Shown one piece after another: positions 21,132-31,683 of a stretch of 64,000 nucleotides of DNA. A model generated the notes under the pieces. That model had not been told where the DNA came from and did no database searches. It worked only from the letters and a program-made list of their open reading frames with translations. Origin of the DNA: Candidatus Methanoperedenaceae archaeon (GTDB taxonomy: Archaea > Halobacteriota > Methanosarcinia > Methanosarcinales > Methanoperedenaceae); contig CAVWCX010000027.1 of assembly GCA_963753595.1 (NCBI GenBank), positions 1-64,000 on the forward strand, in the 5' to 3' direction. The position numbers were made by a program, and so were the translations under genes. How positions within the stretch are numbered: the first letter of the stretch is position 1; every line of letters starts with the position of its first letter.

Positions 21132-21884
21132 CTAAATCCTTAAATTAAATGTCTCAAGCAACATCCTCACATCTCCCGGCGGATAACCCGAATAAGTCTT
21201 ACTGAAATAACCAAAAACTTCCACAGAATCCAAAAAATCCCTGATCCTTGACCCCCAATCCCTTATATCATTGCTTCTATCTCTTTCAACTTTTCCGAGT
21301 TTTCCATTAATTTTATTCCTGTCCCCCTCCCATCTAATGTAAGTGAAATCCGCTGTTATCGTATTCATTTGTGGCATCCATGGATGGTCTATTAAAGCGA
21401 GTGCGACTCCATTGTCCCTGAGCATATCATAAAATTTCTCATCCAGCCACTGTTTATTCTTGATTTCAACAGCAAATCGGTATCCATCTGGCAATCCACC
21501 AAGGAAATCCTTCAATATTTCAAACTTATCGGGTTTGAAACCGGGAGGCAACTGTAAAAGCAAAGGTCCAAGCTTATCTCCCATCAATGACATGTGTTCA
21601 ATAAAGACATCTTGCTCTTCCTTGCAATCCTGGAGTATTTTGATATGGGTAATTTTACGGGGAAATTTAGCGGAAAATTTAAAATCATCCGGCACCTCTT
21701 CTTTCCATTTTTTTACTGTATCCCTGGAGGGTATCCTGTAAAAAGTGTTGTCTATTTCAACAGTATTGAAATTCTTCGCATATTCAGGAAGCAGCTTGGT
21801 AGCTTCTTCAGGATAAAAATCCCCCTTCCAGAAATCATAACTCCACCCCATAGTGCCTATATGCATTTTTTTCATCTCAATCAC
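21132..21884 (-). CDS. DUF72 family protein
   Basis: IGTMGWSY, FNTVEIDNTFYRIP, AKFPRKITH, KLGPLLLQLPP, AVEIK, YIRWEG. Confidence 0.9.
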   Translation of the reverse strand: MIEMKKMHIGTMGWSYDFWKGDFYPEEATKLLPEYAKNFNTVEIDNTFYRIPSRDTVKKWKEEVPDDFKFSAKFPRKITHIKILQDCKEEQDVFIEHMSLMGDKLGPLLLQLPPGFKPDKFEILKDFLGGLPDGYRFAVEIKNKQWLDEKFYDMLRDNGVALALIDHPWMPQMNTITADFTYIRWEGDRNKINGKLGKVERDRSNDIRDWGSRIRDFLDSVEVFGYFSKTYSGYPPGDVRMLLETFNLRI

Positions 21885-23265
21885 TTCCCTTGAATAATAA
21901 CCAGTTCTTCTCCCCTGCTTTCTTGAATTTTACAAGAACATACCTTCCTTCCATTTTTTCTCCTTTTACAATGAACTCGATCTTGTCCTCTTTCCAAAAA
22001 ATGGTTTCATAAAATCCTTTATCCCATATCTTCACAGTTCCTGCCCCGTACTGCCCTTGCGGGATCGTTCCTTCAAATTTACCATATTCGAGAGGATGAT
22101 CTTCTACCTGGACAGCAAGCCTTCGGTCACCGCTTATTTCCGGAGGGCCTTTAGGAACGGCCCAGCTCTTGAGGACTCCATCCTTTTCCAGTCTCAGATC
22201 GTAATGGAGCCTGCGTGCATGGTGCTCCTGGACCACAAATGTTTTCCCCATCCCCTTTCCCTGCGACATTGGGGGCTCAGGTGTCCTGCTAAAATCCCTT
22301 TTTTCCGTGTAATCTGAAATAACAGGTCGTATCTGGTCAATAGTACATTCCAGGGGGTCTTTATCTTCCCGTATGCTTTTAAACACAGGAATTCGAAGCT
22401 TTTCATCATCTGTTATGGACTGATAACTTACTTCACACACAACAAATGGTCTTAACCAGGTAATTTTCCGGTCCATATCCACTCCATGAAGTGTTTCTTC
22501 CTCAGCCTTATGATTATCAAGGTTTCTCTTCAGATTTTCCATATATTCCTGGGAAAAACCCGTTCCAACCTTGCCAATAAAGACAGGTAATGTCCCATCA
22601 TACAATCCAAGGATCAAAGATCCAAAGTTTTTCTCCCTGTTACCTTCACCTTCAGTATAACCGAAAATTACACAATCGCATGTCATAACCTGCTTAATTT
22701 TGAGCCAGTTATTGCTTCTTTTTCCTGGTTCGTATGAACTTAGCTTCTTCTTGGCTATTATGCCTTCAACGCCTTTTTCAAGGGCTGCCCGGTAATAATC
22801 AACTCCTGACTCCTGCACAAATAAAGACAGGACAACGAAATTTCCTTCTTTTACAGAATTTTTCAATATCCTTTTTCTCTCCATAAGAGGTGTATCCGAC
22901 AGCTCTTTTCCATCTTTTTCCAGGATATCAAATATTACATAGGTCGCAGGGAATTTGCCAGACATATACCTTATCTCACGCGGGTTGGTATTCTTGAGCC
23001 TCTGGATAAGTGTCGCAAAGTCAGCTTTTCCATCCTTCATAACAATTATTTCCCCGTCCAGCACCGTATTGCCCGCCAGGACCTTCAATTCAGAAAGTTC
23101 TGGAAAATTACCTGTCAAATCCAGCTGGTTTCGGGACCTGATACTGAATTCTTCCTTAACATAACTGATAGCCCTTATGCCATCCCATTTTACTTCAAAG
23201 ATCCAGTCATCAGAAGAAAATGGCGCTTGTGCCGATCGGGCAAGCATTGGTTTATACTGTTTCAT
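21877..23265 (-). CDS. ligD: LigD-type ATP-dependent DNA ligase fused to a C-terminal 3'-phosphoesterase domain
   Basis: PMLA, EVKWDGIR, LDGEI, FDIL, EGIIAKK, WLKIK, GKVGTGF; then YTEKRDFSRTPEP, FVVQEHHARRLHYDLRLE, SWAVPKGP, EDHPLEY, QYGAGTVKIWD. Confidence 0.93.
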   Translation of the reverse strand: MKQYKPMLARSAQAPFSSDDWIFEVKWDGIRAISYVKEEFSIRSRNQLDLTGNFPELSELKVLAGNTVLDGEIIVMKDGKADFATLIQRLKNTNPREIRYMSGKFPATYVIFDILEKDGKELSDTPLMERKRILKNSVKEGNFVVLSLFVQESGVDYYRAALEKGVEGIIAKKKLSSYEPGKRSNNWLKIKQVMTCDCVIFGYTEGEGNREKNFGSLILGLYDGTLPVFIGKVGTGFSQEYMENLKRNLDNHKAEEETLHGVDMDRKITWLRPFVVCEVSYQSITDDEKLRIPVFKSIREDKDPLECTIDQIRPVISDYTEKRDFSRTPEPPMSQGKGMGKTFVVQEHHARRLHYDLRLEKDGVLKSWAVPKGPPEISGDRRLAVQVEDHPLEYGKFEGTIPQGQYGAGTVKIWDKGFYETIFWKEDKIEFIVKGEKMEGRYVLVKFKKAGEKNWLLFKGSD

Positions 23266-24059
23266 TTGCTTAGCTGTTTGATCGTCTCTTGAAGGGCTAC
23301 CATCAATTCTTTGACTTCTTCTTTCTTGGGAACCTGGGCAACAATGACCTCACCTTTCATTTTGGTCTCTATGAGATGTTCCATTTTCTCCCTGTAACCA
23401 TCCGTGTATTCGGTTATATCAAATTCCCCTGATAGTTCCTTAATTATCTTTGCGGCCAGTTCCATCTCTTTTTGTGAAGGTTTTCTGAGTTTTGTAAGTT
23501 CTTCCATATCGCCCGGGTTAACAACCTCATTAGCATAACACAGGGTTGTCAATATCAAGGCATCCTTGTATTCATAAACAACGACCGGATATTCCTTTGT
23601 TCTCATAGTGATCTTACCCATTCCGGCTTTACCCTCCTGCCTGATCACTGTCATCAGGAGGCTGTAGGCGTCTATACTATTGTCAGGGACGAGAATATAC
23701 GACTTTTCGAAATAAACCGGATCAATAGAGAGTAAACTGATAAATTTATCAAGCCTTATCCTCTGGTCTGATTCAGGTCTTATGGAGTCCAGTTCCTCTT
23801 TCTTGAAAACTATGAACTCATTCTTTCGTATTTCGTAACCCTTTACAGTATCCTTCCAATCAACTACCTTATTATCCCTTATACAGACCCTTTCGTATCT
23901 CAAGGGCTGCCCATCATCATTGTGCAATAGCCTGAATGAAAATGACTGGTCACGGATCATTGTATAGAGTTTGACCGGTACATTGACAAGCCCTATTGCG
24001 ATACTTCCGCTCCAGATGGGTCTATTGGAAGGTTTAGCCTTATCTTGATCATTATCCAT
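23262..24059 (-). CDS. ku: Ku DNA end-binding protein
   Basis: RPIWSGSIAIGLVNVPVKLY, VKGYE, IDPVYFEKSY, YTDGYRE, LMVALQET. Confidence 0.93.
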   Translation of the reverse strand: MDNDQDKAKPSNRPIWSGSIAIGLVNVPVKLYTMIRDQSFSFRLLHNDDGQPLRYERVCIRDNKVVDWKDTVKGYEIRKNEFIVFKKEELDSIRPESDQRIRLDKFISLLSIDPVYFEKSYILVPDNSIDAYSLLMTVIRQEGKAGMGKITMRTKEYPVVVYEYKDALILTTLCYANEVVNPGDMEELTKLRKPSQKEMELAAKIIKELSGEFDITEYTDGYREKMEHLIETKMKGEVIVAQVPKKEEVKELMVALQETIKQLSK

Positions 24060-24060
24060 T

Positions 24061-24921
24061 TTATTCCACTTCCAGTGCCTGTTTATTTTCCAGTAACCCC
24101 TCCCAGGGATCGTTCTTCCTTTGAAGGACAGTAAATATGTTGAACTCCTCAGGTCTTAATCCTTTCTTAAGTTCCTTCCATTCAAGGGGTGTAGATACTG
24201 TTGCTCCGGGATGCGCTCTCAGGCTGTATGGGGCTATCATGGTCTTTCCCCGGGTATTTTGCAGGTAATCAATAAAGATAGTTCCAGGATCCCTGGAGTT
24301 CCTGAACTCTGATACAACAATATCAGATCCCTTTGCCATGAACTTCCCGAATTGATGAACGAATTCCCGTGTCTGGTTGAAATTGTAATTATTGATAACG
24401 GGCAGGACAACATGCAGGCCCTTTTTTCCTGATGTTTTGACATATGACCTGAAGTTGAGTTCATCAAGTTTTTCTTTCAAAGTACGGGCGATATCTATGA
24501 CATAATCAAAAGAACAGGGAGGTTCCGGATCTATATCAAAAAATAGAAGATCCGGCGTATCATAATTATCAATCGTTGAAAGAGTGGTATTTATTTCAAG
24601 AGCTGCGAGATTCGCCATCCAGATGAGGGTATCAAGGTTATTGCATATAATATAGTTAATATCCCGTTGTGCAGTCTCTGAATAATGGTTGAAAGTTTTA
24701 ACCCATGGTGGCATGCCCATTGGCGCATCCTTTTCATAGAATCCTTCTCGGTCAATACCATCAGGGTACCTGTTCATGACTATGACCCTGTTCTTCAGGA
24801 ATCCCAGCATCCGGGGTGCGATACTGATATAATACTTAATGACCTGTGATTTTTTCAACCCCATCATGGGATAGAGGACTTTCTCCAGGTTTGTGAATGA
24901 TACTTTTGTCAGTTCGTCCAT
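24061..24921 (-). CDS. LigD polymerase (AEP/PrimPol) as a stand-alone protein
   Basis: TNLEKVLYP, RYPDGI...FYEK, FDIDP, KTSGKKGLHV, IFIDYLQN, APYSLRA, VSTPLEW. Confidence 0.92.
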   Translation of the reverse strand: MDELTKVSFTNLEKVLYPMMGLKKSQVIKYYISIAPRMLGFLKNRVIVMNRYPDGIDREGFYEKDAPMGMPPWVKTFNHYSETAQRDINYIICNNLDTLIWMANLAALEINTTLSTIDNYDTPDLLFFDIDPEPPCSFDYVIDIARTLKEKLDELNFRSYVKTSGKKGLHVVLPVINNYNFNQTREFVHQFGKFMAKGSDIVVSEFRNSRDPGTIFIDYLQNTRGKTMIAPYSLRAHPGATVSTPLEWKELKKGLRPEEFNIFTVLQRKNDPWEGLLENKQALEVE

Positions 24922-25035
24922 ATTAGTTTTACCGGTATGGCTGTAAGCGGCTTTACCAATATAATAACATGTTCAGGTAAATAATAATGTTTGTCTCATT
25001 TGCATGGCAGGGTTCTTATATCCTTTTCACTATAA

Positions 25036-25332
25036 ATGTCATTAATGGAAATCCGGCTATCCCGCCCCTGTGTTGAAGACCCGACCCGATATATTGCGGA
25101 ATGTCATCTCGGGAAAAGACTGGTCATGGAAAAATTATGTGAAATTTTACGTGAAACCGGAGCTAATGAATTAAAATGTTCGTTAAATCTTGGAGTTGCC
25201 CGTTTTGAACTTGAAGGAAAAAGCGTGATGTTATACCAGAGCGGGCGGGTAGATATCAGGAGGATCCGGAATACAGATGAGGCCCGGATCTTCCTTGAAA
25301 AAATATTTTCAATTGTTAAAGATGCACTTTAG
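25036..25332 (+). CDS. Small hypothetical protein
   Basis: Clean 98-aa ORF; PC motif near the N-terminus and MLYQSGRVDI. Confidence 0.65.
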   Translation: MSLMEIRLSRPCVEDPTRYIAECHLGKRLVMEKLCEILRETGANELKCSLNLGVARFELEGKSVMLYQSGRVDIRRIRNTDEARIFLEKIFSIVKDAL

Positions 25333-25649
25333 TGATAGATCCTCTTAGAGAATTCACCGATCTTATCCTCTGTTTTCTGTACAAAAGTATCCATCTTTTT
25401 ATCAAGATGCGCTTCAACTCCCTGTATATTTATCCTTAATGAGCGCTCCTTGGCATCAATGGCTTCTTCAATATTTTTTAATCTGTTATCAAGCAGCAAT
25501 ATCATTGCCGCAAGAGATCCGATCAAAAGAACCGCTGCCAATATGATCACCGGATCGGCACTATTGCCAAGACGTGTCAGCCATTTAATAGTCAATACAA
25601 CTGAAGACAGTGTCATTATCACTGCAAGTGAGATATCCTTAGTGTCCAT
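25329..25649 (-). CDS. Two-TM membrane protein with coiled-coil tail
   Basis: SD GAGGTG upstream; two hydrophobic helices. Confidence 0.7.
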   Translation of the reverse strand: MDTKDISLAVIMTLSSVVLTIKWLTRLGNSADPVIILAAVLLIGSLAAMILLLDNRLKNIEEAIDAKERSLRINIQGVEAHLDKKMDTFVQKTEDKIGEFSKRIYH

Positions 25650-25800
25650 TCATCCACCTCTGATTTTTTATAGTGAATATTCTTTTATAGATATATATAT
25701 TTAGTTGTATCACATAATGAATAAGTTGTAAAAGTAAATGTATTTGAAAGACAAATAGCGCAACTACTTTTTAAACTTTGCACATAATATAACCCGATAT

Positions 25801-28214
25801 ATGCATAAACCTGAATTACTTGCCCCCGTTGGAAGCAAAGAAGCCCTTATCGCCGCAATTGAGAACGGAGCCGATGCTGTGTATTTTGGCGGAACGCTTT
25901 TTAGCGCGCGGCAGTTCGCATTCAATTTTACAGATGAGGAACTCGAATGGGCTATTGATTATGCGCATATCCGGGGAGTCAGGGCCTATGTGACCATGAA
26001 TACACTGGTGAAGGATACTGAACTTGGAAAAGCGGTTGAATACCTGCAATTTCTCTGCAATGCCGGCGCCGATGCGGTCATAGTCCAGGATATTGGCATC
26101 CTGCGCCTGCTTCGGGAGCAGATGCCAGCCCTTCCTGTCCATGCCAGCACCCAGATGACGATCCACAATATTGAAGGAGTAAAGTATCTCCAGGATATTG
26201 GCGTTAAGCGCGTGGTTCTCGCGCGCGAAATGTCGATTGATGAGATTTCCCGTATCAAATCGCAATCCTCGATCGAAATTGAAACTTTTATCCACGGAGC
26301 GATGTGTTTTTCATATTCAGGACAATGCTTACTGAGCAGCATGATAGGAGGGCGAAGCGGGAACCGCGGATATTGCGCCCAGCCGTGCCGGAAAAAATAC
26401 AAAATAGGTGATATTGAAGGGTATCTCTTAAGTCCCAAAGACCTCAATATGAGCGAGCATATCGGCGCACTTATGGGTGCTGGTATTGATTCATTCAAGA
26501 TAGAAGGACGGATGAAGCGTCCGGAATACGTTGCAGGAGTGGTTCGTGTTTATCGAAAACTCATAGACAGGTACCTTGCCGCACCCGCAGATTTCCGGGT
26601 AACAAAAGGTGAAAAAGACACACTTCTTCAATTGTTCAACCGTGAATTCACAACAGGGTACTTTTTCGGGAATCCGGGGGCGAGTTAATGAGCCGGAAAT
26701 ATTCACACAACCGCGGGACAGTGCTTGGAAAAACGGTTGATTATGATCCACGTACGAAATTGGTTTCAATTGACCTCAAGGCGCCCTTGAGGATCGGTGA
26801 CGGGATAGGCATCGGGAACCGGGAAACAGGAATTACTGTAAGGAATATATATATTGGCAACAAAATTGCCACAGATGCCTCCACGGGTTCTACTGTAAAA
26901 ATACCTCTTGATATCGAAGTTTCAGATGATGAAGTTGTTTTCAAGACTTTTGATACCAGGCTGATGGCATCACTGGAAATTGAGAATACCAGGAAAATCC
27001 CGGTAAAAATGTCCTTTAAGGCAAGAATAGGTGAACCGCTTGGACTTTTGATAGATGACGGTGAAAATAAGGTTACGATGAGGGGAGATACTGTAAATCC
27101 TGCAAAAACAAAACCAGTTTCCAAAAGTTCGATCGCTGAACAGTTAATAAAGCTGGGCGGCACTATTTTTGAAGCTAAAGAGGTTGATTTTGAACTTGAT
27201 AAGAATATTTTCATTCCTGTTTCTGAATTGAACTCGATACGAAGACTTGCAATAGAGGAGCTTGAGAAAATCCGTGCCCGGAAATGGAAACGGGAATACC
27301 CTGAACCAAAGATATCTTTTAGTTCACAAAAGTTCGATATCAAACCGATATTATCAGTCAATGCGGGTACTGTTGATAGTCTCAAAGCCGCGGTTGATGG
27401 CGGAGCCGATGTAGTTTATATCGAAATGGAAAAAACAGGGATCAATTTATCTGGGAACAAACCGCAGGCGCGCAGATTCACGAAAATTGAAAGCTATGGT
27501 GACGCAATTGAATATGCACATACTAAAGGTGTTAAAGTACTGATCAGCACCCCCCGGATAATAAAAGATCTAAAAGAGCCTGGAATTCCCGATATCCAAT
27601 CGCGATCGGCTGTCAGTGATCTAATTGAACAGGCCGACGGTTTCCTTGTTGCAAATTCAGGTGTCCTGGAACACCTTCGGACAAATTTTGCCAATAAGCC
27701 AATAGTTATTGATTATCCACTTAACATCTTCAACAGGCTGTCTATGGAACATTTTTTGCAAATCAGCCAGAGGGTGACATTATCGCCAGAACTTACCCTG
27801 AATGAAATAAGAGAGCTTGCGCGATCCGGGCCAGCAGAATGCATCGTTGCTGGTTTTTTCCCGCTTATGGTATCAGAGCATGACCTTATAGGAGGTCTTT
27901 TCCCCGGGGGAAAGGCTGGAGATATTTTCCTGAAGGATGAAAAAGGCTTTAAATTTCCTGTAATAACTGACATGCATAAACGCACTAATATTATGAATTC
28001 CCGCGAATTGTGTTTGCTTGGATCGGTGCCCGATATAATAAAAGCAGGTGTCAGCTGCCTCAGGATAGAAGCAGGAGCTTATGATCCAAAGACGACGACA
28101 AAGATCACAAAAGATTACAGGGAGGCGATCGATGATGCTGTCAGCGCAAAGGATAATGAAAAACGCTGCCCTGAGGAGCATACTACGGGTCATTACTTCA
28201 GGGGTATTTTATAA
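25801..28214 (+). CDS. U32 family protein (RlhA-like RNA hydroxylase, DUF3656), frameshift at the G5 run 26676-26680
   Basis: PELLAP, GADAVY, HASTQM, HGAMCFSYSGQC...RSGNRGYCAQPCR, KIEGRMK, terminal TTGHYFRG. Adding one G gives GNPGGELMS and joins the two ORFs. Confidence 0.88.
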
Positions 28215-29582
28215 AAATACATAATAAAGCAGGCCTGAAACAATTGCTCCTGAAATAGTTGCAACAAGATTTACTCCGTTGTTCGTGAGATAACCTTTTT
28301 GCTGAAGCGTTGCGCCAAGCAGACTATCTATATTCGTACCGATAAGTCCTCCTGCTATTACGATAAACACAAAGGAAAGGTCTGTCGGCATCAATACGAA
28401 TGCAAGAAGAGCAATTACCGATGAACCGAAAAATGCCGCTCCTTCACCCAGCATCGAGACTGCCCCATCAGTCCCGGGTTTTGTTTTTTTGAATGTTGTT
28501 ATCATTCTTGGCTCTCCTTTGTATGTCACACCTATCTCACTTGCCAGGGTATCACCGCATGCTGTTGCCACTGATCCCAGATAGGCTGCCATCAGGACCT
28601 GCCCATGCCAGGGGAAAATCCCATAAGCAACAGCAAGCGTAAGAGCCGCAAGTGAGTTGGAAAACACATTCTTATACCCTCTGATCCCTCCTTTTCCTTC
28701 AGCAATTCCCCGCGTGAATTTAAAATTGTATTTATAACGGGTAAACATGCTGCCAAGTAAGAAAAAAGCAAGAAGCATAAAAAACCAGTTAACATCACTT
28801 GATATTATTATCACTACCCCAAGCAATGTTGCAGAAAGCATGGCAGATACGTCGGCAACACGCGCCCTGTATGAAAGATAACCCAGAACGAAAGAAAATA
28901 CGAGCACCTTCATAAGATACAAACTATCTACATTATATCCGAACATATAGAAAAGCCACATAACCATAGCCGAGCCAAAAGGGATCACGATATTATCTTC
29001 ATCCTTTGTCATGGATTCAAGAAGAGCGCCGGTAAGTGCCCCGATCACAGAAAGAAATATCAGCATCCCGACAGGAACATATACAGTGAAATGGGATATC
29101 AATACCCCTATCATAAAAGCAAAAACACTCCCTGAGACCAGGAAAATGATACTTGATCTTGCAGAATAAACTTTTTGCCCGCATTGCTTATCATTTTGTT
29201 TTTTTTCTTTTTCAATAATATTTAAGATATCTGCAATGCCATCACCAAATGTAGTAATAACAAAAGCAGCCCCTATAATAAAGATTGGGAATTTATATAC
29301 TCCTGCAATATCAACCCCGATCATAAGGCTGATCGCCAGGAGAATTGCCGTGGTCAGGAAGAGTTGTATCATACTAACAAGCTTCCCAGCTTTGCGGTCT
29401 GCTTCTCTGGCAAAGAATCGGAAAAATTGCGAATCAGCAGGAAGAACTGTAAGAATGATGGATGCACTAAAAAACAAAAGGGCTAACAGGAAAATATCTG
29501 CTTTGAAAAACGGAAAGAACAGAGCGAACAATCCAAGAAGGATATAATTGATTTGTTTCTCATATTCCTTTGTTGGCATCAT
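28209..29582 (-). CDS. TIGR00297-like membrane protein (kinase-like N-terminal half plus DUF92)
   Basis: TFGDGIAD, GALLES..DEDN, RGYKNVFSN, GDTLASEIG, PGTDGAVS, DSLLGATLQ, NNGVN; start position uncertain (29579-29633). Confidence 0.82.
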   Translation of the reverse strand: MMPTKEYEKQINYILLGLFALFFPFFKADIFLLALLFFSASIILTVLPADSQFFRFFAREADRKAGKLVSMIQLFLTTAILLAISLMIGVDIAGVYKFPIFIIGAAFVITTFGDGIADILNIIEKEKKQNDKQCGQKVYSARSSIIFLVSGSVFAFMIGVLISHFTVYVPVGMLIFLSVIGALTGALLESMTKDEDNIVIPFGSAMVMWLFYMFGYNVDSLYLMKVLVFSFVLGYLSYRARVADVSAMLSATLLGVVIIISSDVNWFFMLLAFFLLGSMFTRYKYNFKFTRGIAEGKGGIRGYKNVFSNSLAALTLAVAYGIFPWHGQVLMAAYLGSVATACGDTLASEIGVTYKGEPRMITTFKKTKPGTDGAVSMLGEGAAFFGSSVIALLAFVLMPTDLSFVFIVIAGGLIGTNIDSLLGATLQQKGYLTNNGVNLVATISGAIVSGLLYYVFL

Positions 29583-29643
29583 TTGTTCCCAGAGATGGTA
29601 TTTACAGGCAAATACTTTATCCTTATGCTCCATTAAAAGGGCG

Positions 29644-30297
29644 ATGGGATTTATCTCAAAATTATATGAATGGAAACTTAAAAGAAAGATAAGAGAAATG
29701 AGTGTTCCGGATCATATTGTTCTTGCACTTTCTGAAATTGATCTTTTTGCTGATACGGATTATCTAAAATTAAATTCATTTGTGTCCTGGTGCAAAGAGA
29801 TGAATGTAAAGACCGTTACCGTTTATATTAATATAATCGAAATGGAAGCCCGCATCAGCAATAAAATCTGCAGCAAACTATCAACAGAAATACCGCCGGC
29901 ACTTAAAGATATCACTCTAAATATCAATATCATTAAAAGAGGGGACAAAGAAATAAGAAAACACAAAACAGAAGATATGGTTCTTGATATATCACTTGGT
30001 TACAGCGGGAAGTATGAATTGACAAAGGCATTGAAGGATGTCATGTCCCAGGTAAAAGAGGGGAAACTATCTCCTGATGATATAAATGAAGACGTGATCG
30101 AATCCCATTTATTATTTAAATCGGAGCCTGATATTGTTATCAGGGCAGGGGGAAAAAGATTGACTGATTTTCTTATCTGGCAGTCTGTTTATTCTGAACT
30201 TTATTTTACAGATGTCAACTGGCTGGATTTCAGGAAGGTTGACTTCTTAAGGGTGTTGAGAGATTTCCAGAAACGGAAAAGAAGATTCGGGAAATGA
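29644..30297 (+). CDS. cis-prenyltransferase-like protein lacking the catalytic motif (Nus1/NgBR-like)
   Basis: EPDIVIRAGGKRLTDFLIWQSVYSELYF and terminal RRFGK; no DGNRR motif. Confidence 0.85.
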   Translation: MGFISKLYEWKLKRKIREMSVPDHIVLALSEIDLFADTDYLKLNSFVSWCKEMNVKTVTVYINIIEMEARISNKICSKLSTEIPPALKDITLNINIIKRGDKEIRKHKTEDMVLDISLGYSGKYELTKALKDVMSQVKEGKLSPDDINEDVIESHLLFKSEPDIVIRAGGKRLTDFLIWQSVYSELYFTDVNWLDFRKVDFLRVLRDFQKRKRRFGK

Positions 30298-30319
30298 TCG
30301 ATTAAGAAACTACGGAGTT

Positions 30320-30782
30320 GGGGTCAAGGGGTAGAGAGCCTTAAGCCTTTAAGGTGAGGATGAATCGCACTCCTGGAATTGTAATACCTTTCCTAAAAAC
30401 AGATGTTAAGGTTGCATTTTTGAGTATAGGCAAAGAATTGATATGAATAAAACCATATAAAGTTTGTTAAGGTTGCAGATGAATAATAAGAATGAAACCA
30501 TAAAAGCCACTCTGAAAGCCACAAAAGCAAAGAGAAAACATCAGACATGTAAAGTGTATCAAGTCAAAATAGCCGATCACATCTTAACTATATACAACTG
30601 AAGCTCTAACCGATTTCCTTGCAGCAAAATGGTATAAACTATAAAATTTAAAAAATTACCACCTGATCATATTATTTAAATACCACTTAAGACGTGCAAG
30701 TTCGTCAAAGTGAAGATATTTTAATACTAACTTCTTCCTTCTGCACAATGAAACAGGGTATACTTAGCAGAGCAGGGATCGT
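30320..30782 (+). mobile_element. Degenerate IS200/IS605-like element with a TnpB N-terminal remnant
   Basis: ATG at 30479 gives MNNKNETIKATLKATKAKRKHQTCKVYQVKI. Frameshifted pieces follow (TEAL...AKWY, MKQGIL). A hairpin-like end sequence lies at about 30320-30370. Confidence 0.55.
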
Positions 30783-31643
30783 TATGGATCTCCTCGATAT
30801 TCGAATGACGTCTTCCACTTCCACTAAACCGTAATAGCTCAGGAGTTTCACGACCCTTATAATGGTATTCTTCTGTCTTTCATGTTCTCGTGTCTGGAAC
30901 GTTCGAATGGCGCGAAGAAGGTCAATACGGCGGAACTCAGGCCAGAAAGGAGCGCAAAAATACGCGGCGCACTCATTGCCGTTGGCCTGCCATGGAAGGA
31001 AATTGGAAATCCTTTCATCTCCTCCTGTCCTGATAATAAGATCCACATACGGAACCGGACCGCTTGATGGATATAAATTATTAGAAATAGTCTCCTCATT
31101 AATATCTTTTATAGATAATTCGCCATTTTTGACCTTGCCGGCCATCTTTCGCGCCGCATCCACAAGTTCCTGCCGCCCCCCATAAGCAAGAGCAACATTA
31201 AGAAATACGCCATTATAATTCTTCGTAATCTCCTCTGCATGTTTTGCAGATGATTTCAATGCTGGCGGAAGCAGGTCTATATTACCCAGGACCCGAACCC
31301 TCATCCTGCGTTTATGGGTACGCTCATCGGTGCATATTTTATCGAACTTTATTCCGATAAGTTCAAAAAGCCTGTTTTTCTCGGCCTCATCCCTGTCAAA
31401 ATTCTCAGTTGAAAAAGCATAAACTGTAAGCTGCTTGATTCCGAGGTCAAAACTCCAGTCAAGGACTTTTTCTGTAGTGTCTGCTCCCTTGAAATGGCCA
31501 TAATATTGTGCCAGGCCGCGGGTTCTCGCAAACCGCCTGTTACCATCCATAATTATAGCAACGTGCTCAGGAACAGGCTTGTCTTTTATTTCCCTCGCGA
31601 GTAAAGTCTCATACCCACTATACAATAATCCCGTTAAACTCAA
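30705..31643 (-). CDS. uppS: cis-prenyltransferase (polyprenyl diphosphate synthase), 3' end probably non-native
   Basis: HVAIIMDGNRR, YAFSTENF, ALAYGGRQE, DLIIRTGGDERISNFLPWQ. Confidence 0.92.
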   Translation of the reverse strand: MSLTGLLYSGYETLLAREIKDKPVPEHVAIIMDGNRRFARTRGLAQYYGHFKGADTTEKVLDWSFDLGIKQLTVYAFSTENFDRDEAEKNRLFELIGIKFDKICTDERTHKRRMRVRVLGNIDLLPPALKSSAKHAEEITKNYNGVFLNVALAYGGRQELVDAARKMAGKVKNGELSIKDINEETISNNLYPSSGPVPYVDLIIRTGGDERISNFLPWQANGNECAAYFCAPFWPEFRRIDLLRAIRTFQTREHERQKNTIIRVVKLLSYYGLVEVEDVIRISRRSITIPALLSIPCFIVQKEEVSIKISSL

Positions 31644-31683
31644 TTTATCACTGGATTCTCTACGGTATGAGAACTATTTAAAA

